The position numbers and the translations under genes are program-made. This document shows positions 19,653-27,677 of a stretch of 37,559 nucleotides of DNA, piece by piece. The first letter of the stretch is position 1, and each line of letters opens with the position of its first letter. Below the pieces are notes generated by a model. The model searched no databases and was not told the DNA's origin. It saw nothing but the letters and a program-made list of their open reading frames with translations. This DNA is from Nitrospinales bacterium (GTDB lineage Bacteria > Nitrospinota > Nitrospinia > Nitrospinales > JAJDAT01), in contig JBHHYO010000017.1 in NCBI GenBank assembly GCA_046757665.1, positions 1 through 37,559 on the forward strand, written 5' to 3'.

Positions 19653-21041
19653 ATGAAAATCGTTCTGGTCTATCCCAATCTAACCCGCCTGGAGCGCGTG
19701 ACGCTGGGAATCGGTTGCATTGCATCCTACCTGAAAAGCCGCGGCCACGAATGCACGCTGGTGGACTACACCTGGGGCGGCGGCGTCGAGGACGCCGTCA
19801 ACGCCGTCCGCCAAACCGGCGCCCGGGTCGTCGGGTTCTCCGTCAAGAGCGGCGAGGTGGGCTTTTGCGTGGAGGTCGCCCGCCGGTTGAAACGCCGGTT
19901 CGGCTCCACCATCCTGTTCGGCGGCGTCCACCCTTCCGTCGCCGCGGAGGATACCATCGCCCTCGACGGCGTGGACATCGTCTGCAAGGGAGAGGGCGAA
20001 CGGCCCACCGCCGAACTCCTGGACAGCATCGAACAAGGCGCCATGGACACCGCCATCTCCAACCTCTGGTTTAAACAAAACGGCCGCATCATCAAAAACG
20101 ATATCCGCCCGCTCGAACAAAATCTGGACGACCTGCCGTTCCCGGACCGGGACCTGTTCGACACCCAGCTTTACATCGACCGCTCCGGGACCATCGACAT
20201 CATCAGCGGACGGGGTTGCCCCTATCAGTGCAGTTATTGCGTGGAACCGACCTACCAGCAAATCTTCAAGGGCAAGGGACGGTTCGTCCGTTACCGCGGC
20301 GTGGACAACGTCCTCGACGAGGTCGCCGATCTGCAACGGCGGTTCAAATTCTCGCGCATCAACTTCGTGGACGACGTGTTCACCATCGACATCCGCTGGT
20401 TGCGCGAATTTTCCGCCAAGTACAAAAAATATTTCAAAATCCCCTACACCTGCAACGCCCGCATCGAAGCCCTGCGCGAGGAGTCGTTTCAACTGCTCAA
20501 GGACTCCGGCTGTTTTTCCCTGGAAATGGGGATCGAGTCCGGGAGCGAGCGCATTCGCGAACGGGTCCTCGAACGCAAAATGACCAACCGCAAAATCATC
20601 GAGGCCTTTGATCTGGCGCGGAAATACGGCTTGCGCACCATGTCGTTCAATATCATAGGCATTCCCCACGAGACGAAATGGGACATCCGGGAAACGATCC
20701 GGCTCAACCGCAGGCTGAGGCCCAGCTCCGTCCAGGTCTCCCTGTTTCAACCCTACCCCGGCACCGCCTTGCACAAACTGTGCGAGGAGAACGGCTGGCT
20801 GAACGGCCGCGCGCTTCCGGTATCCTATTTTCTCGACACCCCGGTCAGTTACCCGCACCTGCCGACCGGGGAAATCGTCCGGATGCGGCGCTGGTTTCGC
20901 TTCAACGTGCTCCGCAAAAGCCGGTTGTTCAAGTCGCTCGTGGTGTTGTTTTACGATCTCAACTACGAGCGGTTTCTGAAGTTCTGGAACTATATCCCCG
21001 GTCCCATCAAGCGCTTGGCGCTTGCCTATTTCAAAGCCTGA
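19653..21041 (+). CDS. Cobalamin-dependent radical SAM protein (class B methyltransferase-like)
   Basis: B12-binding N-domain (LGIGCIASYL, FGGVHPS, GEGE), GRGCPYQCSYC, FVDDVF, GIESGS, PYPGT. Confidence 0.9.
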   Translation: MKIVLVYPNLTRLERVTLGIGCIASYLKSRGHECTLVDYTWGGGVEDAVNAVRQTGARVVGFSVKSGEVGFCVEVARRLKRRFGSTILFGGVHPSVAAEDTIALDGVDIVCKGEGERPTAELLDSIEQGAMDTAISNLWFKQNGRIIKNDIRPLEQNLDDLPFPDRDLFDTQLYIDRSGTIDIISGRGCPYQCSYCVEPTYQQIFKGKGRFVRYRGVDNVLDEVADLQRRFKFSRINFVDDVFTIDIRWLREFSAKYKKYFKIPYTCNARIEALREESFQLLKDSGCFSLEMGIESGSERIRERVLERKMTNRKIIEAFDLARKYGLRTMSFNIIGIPHETKWDIRETIRLNRRLRPSSVQVSLFQPYPGTALHKLCEENGWLNGRALPVSYFLDTPVSYPHLPTGEIVRMRRWFRFNVLRKSRLFKSLVVLFYDLNYERFLKFWNYIPGPIKRLALAYFKA

Positions 21042-21098
21042 CTCCCCGCCCGCGGGCGGTTTCCGCCTGCCGCCAAAAAACGCCGCCGGCAAAAAACA

Positions 21099-21133
21099 TT
21101 GAAATTGCACTTCCCGTTTCTCTATGATAAATT
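21099..21133 (+). promoter_or_regulatory. Putative sigma70 promoter for the second B12 radical SAM gene
   Basis: TTGCAC-N17-TAAATT with extended TGn, overlapping TTGAAA-N18-TATGAT; GAAGGA RBS before ATG 21175. Confidence 0.45.
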
Positions 21134-21174
21134 TATTGATTCGAGAAAACACCGCGTTTCGAAGGATTGCATTT

Positions 21175-22563
21175 ATGAAAATGTTGCTGTTAAGACCTCA
21201 CGCCGGGCATATCGGCAAGGTCATGCCTCTGGGACTGCTGGCCGTGGCCTCCGTTTTAAAACGCAAGGGCCATGAGGTCCGCATTCTCGACCTGCGAATT
21301 TCCCGCCAGCCCGACGAGGATTTGAAAAACGCCCTGGAGGAATTCGATCCCGAATACGTCGGCATCGGGTTGATGACCATCGAGGCGGAGTACGCCTTTG
21401 CCACCGCCGCGCAGGTCAAGGCCATTAAAAAGGACGTAACGGTGATTTTCGGCGGTCCGCATTGCTCCCATGAGCCGCAATTCATCCTGCACGACCCCAA
21501 CGTGGACCTGCTGGTTGTCGGCGAGGCGGAAATCACCATCGGCGAACTGTTCGACGCCCTGGAGAACCACACCGACCTGGCCGCGGTCAAGGGCATCGCC
21601 TACAGAAAAAACGGCGGCTATGTTCTCACTCCCGAACGGCCGGTCATTCGGGACCTGGACTGGGTCAACCAGGAATACGATTTAATCAATGTCGAGGATT
21701 ACTTCGACCCTGAATGTTCCACCGATTTCCTTCCGGCCACCAAGCGGTTCATGTCCATCGTAACTTCCAGGGGTTGCCCGTTCAAATGCACGTATTGCCA
21801 TGATCTGTTCGGTAAATCCATCCAGTATCGCTCGCCGGAAGTCGTCCTCCAGGAAATGGAATACCTGATCGACAAATACGGCGTGCAGGAATTTCAAATC
21901 CTCGACGACGTGTTCAACGTCAACATGAAGCGTTGCAAGCAAATCCTGTCCATGATGGCCGAACGCAAGCTGAACGTGAAAGTCTGTTTTCCCAACGGCG
22001 TGCGCGCCGATTTTTTCGACGACGAAATGATCGAAATCATGAAAGCCGCCGGCGTTTACCGTCTGGCCCTCGGCATCGAATCCGGGTCCAGCAGGATTCA
22101 AAAAATGATCGACAAGAAGCTGGACATTGCCATCATCGACAATGTCGTGAAAAAGCTTGCCCGGGTGAACATCAGCGTTCACGGATTTTTCATGCTGGGT
22201 TTTCCCAGCGAAACCCGGGAGGAAATGGACGAGACCATCAAGTTCGCCTGCGACCTGGATTTGGCCACCGCCAATTTTTCGCTGGTGACTCCCAATCCGG
22301 GCACCCGGTTGCGCGAAACGCTGGTGGAGGAAAAGAAACTCCAGAACAAGGAGTTTTCCCAGTACACGTTCGACACGGTGAACAGCAACGAAAGCAAACT
22401 GGACTCCGCGGACCTGCTGACGGTGCGCAAGGCCGCGTACCGCCAGTTTTATCTCAGCCCGCGGCGGTTGTGGCGCATTTTCCACACCACCAAGATGAAG
22501 GGCCTGCTGTTCGGCAAATCCCCCTTCACCCTGCTTTGGCGCAACGCTTTTTCCTCCAATTGA
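21175..22563 (+). CDS. Cobalamin-dependent radical SAM protein (class B methyltransferase-like)
   Basis: MPLGLLAVASVL, FGGPH, GEAE, SRGCPFKCTYC, ILDDVF, GIESGS, GFFMLGFP, PNPGT; start placed at ATG 21175 after the RBS. Confidence 0.9.
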   Translation: MKMLLLRPHAGHIGKVMPLGLLAVASVLKRKGHEVRILDLRISRQPDEDLKNALEEFDPEYVGIGLMTIEAEYAFATAAQVKAIKKDVTVIFGGPHCSHEPQFILHDPNVDLLVVGEAEITIGELFDALENHTDLAAVKGIAYRKNGGYVLTPERPVIRDLDWVNQEYDLINVEDYFDPECSTDFLPATKRFMSIVTSRGCPFKCTYCHDLFGKSIQYRSPEVVLQEMEYLIDKYGVQEFQILDDVFNVNMKRCKQILSMMAERKLNVKVCFPNGVRADFFDDEMIEIMKAAGVYRLALGIESGSSRIQKMIDKKLDIAIIDNVVKKLARVNISVHGFFMLGFPSETREEMDETIKFACDLDLATANFSLVTPNPGTRLRETLVEEKKLQNKEFSQYTFDTVNSNESKLDSADLLTVRKAAYRQFYLSPRRLWRIFHTTKMKGLLFGKSPFTLLWRNAFSSN

Positions 22564-22586
22564 CCCCTTCCCGTCAGCGGGATATT

Positions 22587-23351
22587 TCAGGAGGCGGCCT
22601 GGCCGTCGCGGAACGACAGTCCCGGGAACATCGCCTTTCCGGCCTCGGCGCGGTTGACGATAAATACCTTGCCGCCGATGGCGCCCATGCCGAAATCCAC
22701 GAGCGTCAGGTCCGGGTTTTCCTTGAGCCATTCCATGCAGGCCCGCGCCTCGCCCAGTTCCATGTTGCCGCCGGAATAAAACCAGTCGTCGAAAAACAGC
22801 GCCGTGCCGTTCCGCAACAGCGGCGTCACGAACCGGAGCACGTCCAGGGTTGAGGAATAGATATCGCAGTCGATATTCACGAACGCCGCCTTCGACAGGC
22901 GGTGTTCCGCGATGACCCCCGCATGGAGCGAGGTTTCGTAGAAACCGGGGACGACGCGGACCTCCCAGCCCCGGGCGGCGGAGCGGATATTGCGCCGGAA
23001 GGTTTCCTCGCCCGAGCTGAAGTACCCCTTGGCCACCACCGGGGCATGGTCCTTGCCGGCGTCCGGCTCCGGCAGGCCGGCAAACGAGTCGAAGGCGAAA
23101 AAGCGCGGCGCCGCGGGCGAGCCTTTGGCGTAAAAACGCGCCGCCGAGCGCATCGACAATTTGAAACTCTTGCCCTCGAAAACGCCGAACTCCAGGTAGT
23201 CCCCGGGAATTTTGTTGATCGACAAATAATGCCAAATCCGCAAAAACAGCAAAACCTTTTCGCTCACCCAGCGCGCCTCGGACAAATAGGGCAAGCCCAC
23301 CAGCGCCCGCTGGAGCAGGTCGTGCAACAAGGATTTAATCCTGTCTTTCAT
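22587..23351 (-). CDS. TylF/MycF/NovP-family O-methyltransferase
   Basis: IPGDYLEFGVFEGKS, AFDSFAGLP, PGFYETSL, VNIDCDIYSST, FFDDW. Confidence 0.85.
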   Translation of the reverse strand: MKDRIKSLLHDLLQRALVGLPYLSEARWVSEKVLLFLRIWHYLSINKIPGDYLEFGVFEGKSFKLSMRSAARFYAKGSPAAPRFFAFDSFAGLPEPDAGKDHAPVVAKGYFSSGEETFRRNIRSAARGWEVRVVPGFYETSLHAGVIAEHRLSKAAFVNIDCDIYSSTLDVLRFVTPLLRNGTALFFDDWFYSGGNMELGEARACMEWLKENPDLTLVDFGMGAIGGKVFIVNRAEAGKAMFPGLSFRDGQAAS

Positions 23352-23392
23352 AAGCAACCTTTAGTAAACCTAGATTCTTCGCCGCACCCTGT

Positions 23393-23497
23393 GTCATCGC
23401 GAGCCGCCACCGGCGGCGTGGCGATCCAGCCGGGCCACGCCCGGTGGGAATGGGTCCTTTCTGGATTGCTTCGCCGGCGGAGCCTCCTCGCAATGAC
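23393..23497. repeat. 105-bp palindromic element (GTCATxGCGAG...CTCGCAATGAC family, REP/MITE-like)
   Basis: 11-bp terminal inverted repeats with 1 mismatch, inner arms GTGGCGATCCAG / CTGGATTGCTTC, internal hairpin GCCGCC-ACC-GGCGGC. Confidence 0.75.
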
Positions 23498-23704
23498 GAT
23501 CAAACAAGGAGGATTCCGGAGAGCTGGAGGATTATAAATGATCCGCCGCGCGTTCACAAGGCAGACCGCCGGACCGGCGGCCGGCCGGGCGCGCCGCGGA
23601 AGGTGGTTTGCAACGGCCCGCCGTTGGGCTATACTCTATGGTTTGCGCGCCCAGCCGGCAAGCCCCGGACGGGGGCGGCGTTTAACCCTTATTCCCCGTG
23701 CGGC

Positions 23705-24715
23705 ATGAATCTTTCCGAAAAAACCATTCTGGTCACCGGCGGCGCCGGGTTTATCGGCAGTAACTTCGTCAACCACCTGTTTAAAAAATATCCGCAATGC
23801 AACATCCTGCTCCTCGACGCGCTCACCTACGCCGGCAACCTGGACAACCTGTGTCCGGAAATGAGACGGCACCCCCGGTTCCGCTTTTACCACGGCAACA
23901 TCACCCACGCGGACATCATCAAGGAACTGGTGTCGCAAAGCAACGTGGTCATTCATTTCGCGGCGGAGTCGCACGTCACCCGCTCGATTTACGACAACAC
24001 GCTGTTTTTTGAAACCGACGTTCTGGGCACGCAAACCCTGGCCAACGCCATTGCCGATCATCCGGTGGAACTGTTTGTCCACATTTCCTCGTCGGAAGTT
24101 TACGGCACGGCGCTGGCGAACCCGATGGACGAAGACCACCCGCTGAACCCGCTCAGCCCCTACGCCGCCGCCAAGGCCGGGGCCGACCGGCTGGTGTATT
24201 CCTACATCCACACTTACGATATCCCCGCGGTGATCGTCCGCCCGTTCAACAACTACGGCCCGTACCAGCATATCGAAAAGGCCATCCCGAATTTCATCAT
24301 CAGCGCCCTGCAAGACCAGCCGCTCACCATCCACGGCGAGGGCATGAGTTCCCGGGACTGGCTGTACATCACGGACACCTGCGCGGCGCTGGACAGCATC
24401 CTGCACGCCGACAAGGACAAACTCATCGGCCAAACCCTCAACCTGGGAACGGGACGGGACACCAACGTCCTGAGCATCGCCAAAATGATTCTGGGCCTGC
24501 TGGATAAACCGCAGAGCCTTCTGCAATTTGTCGCCGACCGGCCCGGCCAGGTGTCCCGGCACATTTCCTCCACCGGCAAGGCGCGGGCCCTGCTCGACTG
24601 GCAACCCGCGGTTGGCCTCAAGGACGGCCTGGCCCGGACGGTCGATTTTTACCGCAACAACCAAAAATGGTGGGAACGCTATCTGTGGATGAAAGAACTT
24701 TGGCCGAACAAGTAA
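23705..24715 (+). CDS. rfbB: dTDP-glucose 4,6-dehydratase-like (RmlB/RfbB family)
   Basis: LVTGGAGFIGSNF, DALTYAGNLDNL, HFAAESHV, SSSEVYG, SPYAAAK, NNYGPYQ, RDWLY; ATG at 23705. SSSE replaces the canonical STDE, so the substrate is not certain. Confidence 0.75.
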   Translation: MNLSEKTILVTGGAGFIGSNFVNHLFKKYPQCNILLLDALTYAGNLDNLCPEMRRHPRFRFYHGNITHADIIKELVSQSNVVIHFAAESHVTRSIYDNTLFFETDVLGTQTLANAIADHPVELFVHISSSEVYGTALANPMDEDHPLNPLSPYAAAKAGADRLVYSYIHTYDIPAVIVRPFNNYGPYQHIEKAIPNFIISALQDQPLTIHGEGMSSRDWLYITDTCAALDSILHADKDKLIGQTLNLGTGRDTNVLSIAKMILGLLDKPQSLLQFVADRPGQVSRHISSTGKARALLDWQPAVGLKDGLARTVDFYRNNQKWWERYLWMKELWPNK

Positions 24716-24735
24716 CCGGGCGCGCCGCGTCGAAC

Positions 24736-25440
24736 ATGAAAATCGCCATCCTCCAACCTTCCTATCTTCCCTGGCTCGGCTATTTCGACCAGATGGCGCG
24801 TTGCGACCGATTCGTGTTCCTCGACGACGCCCAGTACACCCGCAGGGACTGGCGCAACCGCAACAAAATCCGCACCCGCGACGGCTGGGCGTGGCTGACC
24901 GTGCCGGTCCTGCAAAAAGACCGCTTCCACCAGTCCCTTCTGGAAACCCGCATCGACAATTCAACCGACTGGCGAAGCCGGCACCGCAAGGCGGTTCAGC
25001 ACAACTACGCCAAGTCGCCGTACTTCAGCCTTTATTTCCCCTATCTGGAGTCGATATGGAACAAGGAGTGGGATTTCCTGGTGGACCTGTGCCTGGAAAC
25101 CACCCTGTATTTGAAAAAAGTTTTGCACATCGCCACCCCCACCCGGCGGTCCTCCGAGATACCGGCGTCCGGGGCCAAGGCCGAAAAAATACTCAACCTC
25201 TGCCGCCGAATGGAGGCTACTCATTACCTGTCCGGCGACGCGGCGGAAAATTACCTTTCCCGGTCCGAGGAAGATTTCTTGAGAAACGGCATCCAGGTGG
25301 AATATCATGAGTATGGACATCCCACGTACACCCAGCGGTTTTCCGGATTCGTCCCTTATCTGTCGGTGATCGACTTGTTGTTCAACCACGGCGACAAGAG
25401 CCTGGAGATTCTTTTGAAGGACGATGGCGGTGGCGGCTGA
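24736..25440 (+). CDS. WbqC family protein (putative glycyl/acyl transferase for amino sugars)
   Basis: ILQPSYLPWLGYFD, DDAQY, WRNRNKI, WLTVP, YLSG, LSVIDLLFN; ATG at 24736. Confidence 0.9.
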   Translation: MKIAILQPSYLPWLGYFDQMARCDRFVFLDDAQYTRRDWRNRNKIRTRDGWAWLTVPVLQKDRFHQSLLETRIDNSTDWRSRHRKAVQHNYAKSPYFSLYFPYLESIWNKEWDFLVDLCLETTLYLKKVLHIATPTRRSSEIPASGAKAEKILNLCRRMEATHYLSGDAAENYLSRSEEDFLRNGIQVEYHEYGHPTYTQRFSGFVPYLSVIDLLFNHGDKSLEILLKDDGGGG

Positions 25441-25467
25441 AATGTTCAACCTCTTGCGAAGAGAAAC

Positions 25468-26652
25468 ATGGCCAGTCCGTTCAGCATAAAAAATCTGCAA
25501 AAAGTCCTGCCGCGGCTTTACGCCAGCCTGCCTTTTTATCTGTTGCCGCGCTACGCCCTGCCGCCCCTGCACGTTTACTTTGAAGTGACCTACCGGTGCA
25601 ACCTGCGTTGCGACATGTGCCACTTCCTGGAAATCATCGAGGACACCGAGAAAAACCGGCGCTACAAAAACGAGTTGTCCGCCGACGCCATCAAGGCCGT
25701 CATCGCCGGCCTGCCGCGCTACGCGGTCATCACCTTCACCGGCGGCGAGGCGTTCATGAAAAGCGATTTCATGGAAATCCTGGATTACGCCGCCTCGCGC
25801 AACAAAGTGCACATCATCACCAACGGCACCGCTCTCAACGAGGCGATGGTGGAGAGACTGTTGCGGAAGCGCCTGCGCTCGCTGTTCGGCGGCGGCCTGT
25901 TCTTTCTGGGCGTGTCGCTGGAGGGGCGCGAGGAACTGCACGACCGCATCACCACCATCCCCGGCTCATTTCGCAAAACCACCGCCGGGCTGGAACGTCT
26001 GCTCAAGCAACGCGGCCGACGGCGCTACCCCCTCGTCCACCTGACCTGCGTGATCAACGCCGCCAACGTGCGCGACCTGCCGTTCCTTTACGACTACGCC
26101 GACCGGCTGGGAGTGGACGTCTGCAACTTTGTCCTGAGCAACCCCGCCACCTACTGGCACGGCAAGGACTACGACCAGACCGCTTACCTGCAAACCCCCG
26201 CCGTCCCCGTCGAACCGATCGCATCCGGCGTCCTGAGGGAGCAACTCAACCTCCTCGAGCAAAAAAGCCGGACGCACAAAACCCAGTTGCGCTACTCGCC
26301 GAACTACATCACCCGGGAAGAGATCGTCCGTTATTATGCCAACCAAAGTTCCTACGAGGACTACCGGTGCTACGCCCCGTGGTCGAAAGTCGGCGTCTCC
26401 GCCTACGGCGACGTTTTCAGTTGCCCGCACCACCGCCTGGGCAACGTCCAGGACAACGACGGCGGCCTGGCCTGGAACTCCGCCGGCCACCGCGAGTTCC
26501 GCCAGCAAGTCAAGGACCGGAAAATTTTCCCCGGTTGCCTGGGCTGTTGCCAATCGGAGTACGTCGGCGCGCAAGAGAAAATTCCAGAGCCCGTGGCACA
26601 AACAGCTTCAGGCAACATCCCCCTCGTCCCCCGACTCTCCGTGCAGGAGTGA
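25468..26652 (+). CDS. Radical SAM protein with C-terminal SPASM/twitch domain
   Basis: EVTYRCNLRCDMC, FTGGE, ITNGT, C-terminal CYAPW..GDVFSCP..LGNV..WNS..CLGCC. Confidence 0.9.
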   Translation: MASPFSIKNLQKVLPRLYASLPFYLLPRYALPPLHVYFEVTYRCNLRCDMCHFLEIIEDTEKNRRYKNELSADAIKAVIAGLPRYAVITFTGGEAFMKSDFMEILDYAASRNKVHIITNGTALNEAMVERLLRKRLRSLFGGGLFFLGVSLEGREELHDRITTIPGSFRKTTAGLERLLKQRGRRRYPLVHLTCVINAANVRDLPFLYDYADRLGVDVCNFVLSNPATYWHGKDYDQTAYLQTPAVPVEPIASGVLREQLNLLEQKSRTHKTQLRYSPNYITREEIVRYYANQSSYEDYRCYAPWSKVGVSAYGDVFSCPHHRLGNVQDNDGGLAWNSAGHREFRQQVKDRKIFPGCLGCCQSEYVGAQEKIPEPVAQTASGNIPLVPRLSVQE

Positions 26653-26780
26653 AGGTCCCCCCCACGTGCCTGCCCGTCGGCATAGCCGACACCTCTCCCT
26701 CTTCGTCTTGCAACTCTCCGGATCAAAAGACCTTCCGCCATCGCATACCTGCATTTCGCGCTATATATAAGAGATAAAAA

Positions 26781-26901
26781 CGGAGGCGGGCAACGCTCGC
26801 CGGAAGTGGGCTGAACTTGCGACTGGGATCAAGCTCCAGACAGCGCAATCGGATGTCATGGTTCGACAAGCTCACCATGACAAGGCGGGCAAACGCTCGC
26901 C
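26781..26901 (+). repeat. Composite REP/BIME-like repeat, copy B
   Basis: Hairpin GGCGGGC-AA(A)C-GCTCGCC at both ends (26785-26801, 26884-26901) flanking CAGCGCAATCGG and the REP GTCATGGTTCGACAAGCTCACCATGAC (26855-26881); direct repeat of 4405-4522. Confidence 0.85.
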
Positions 26902-27144
26902 GCGAAATCCGTGTCTCGGCGCCTCGGTGGTGATTTTGGCATGGTAAATTTTAATCTTCAAACGGCGGGGTTCGACATGCCAAAACCGGTTTTTACAAGT
27001 CGTTTAAAATCATGTGGATAGAAGTCAAAATGCGATCCGGTTTCTGGGCCGTTTTGCCGCGAAATTCGTTGATTTTTTACCTGACGGGAAGCGAGCGAAA
27101 CGGGTTGCGGCGCAAGGGGTTGGTGGTTTTACGGCCTGACGTTT

Positions 27145-27366
27145 CGACTATTTCGTTCCTCGTTTTTCAAAATTTTTTTTTCGCGAAAACCGGCTCCGGT
27201 CAGGCCGGCCCAGGGCCGGGGTGAGATGTGCCGACCTGTATCAAACGATTAATCAAGGTCAAGCGCAATCGGGCGGGTAACGGGTGCGGGCGATTCGGTC
27301 AGGTACTGTCATGGTTCGATAAAGCCTGCTCTGAGCCTGCCGAAGGGGGCTCACCATGACAGGGGC
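27145..27366 (+). repeat. 222-bp repeat, left copy (inverted relative to 37311-37532)
   Basis: Manual alignment to the reverse complement of 37311-37532 gives 215/222 identity; includes a T9 tract, AGCGCAATCGGGCG and a nested REP (27306-27362). Confidence 0.95.
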
Positions 27367-27677
27367 CAGGAATTGAACGGTATCGGCTTCCATTACGTTG
27401 GGGTGTCCGGCAGAGTGCCGAAAAAGCAGTTGTGCATCCGTATCCGGCAGGCCGCGCATCCGGAAGTCATACGCGCCGGGCGGGTTTTCGGGTTTTCCGC
27501 CGGATGGGCCATTCCACGGCTTGGGTTTTGGGTCTTCCCAGCCCACAAAAAATGGAATTTAAGTGCCTCCGGCACCATCTTATTTAATATAACCCTTTCA
27601 CCCCTGACCCGAACCTTCGACAACGGGCCATCCCCTATTTACTAACCCGGCAGGATTCAATCAGAAGGAGGGGCGCC

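Noticed and set aside
23444-23704. N-terminal extension of the dehydratase ORF, and similar extensions of wzt (16275-16370), wbqC (24667-24735) and the 2Fe-2S ferredoxin (32757-32855)
   Set aside because: The extensions run through repeats or neighbouring genes; family homology begins at the downstream ATG.
26781-27366. CRISPR array
   Set aside because: There are no regularly spaced identical repeats with unique spacers and no cas genes; the repeats are REP-like palindromes.
27012-27645. Small ORFs at 27012-27224, 27259-27546, 27373-27645 and 27393-27623
   Set aside because: They overlap repeat DNA or each other, lack a clear RBS and show no recognisable domain.
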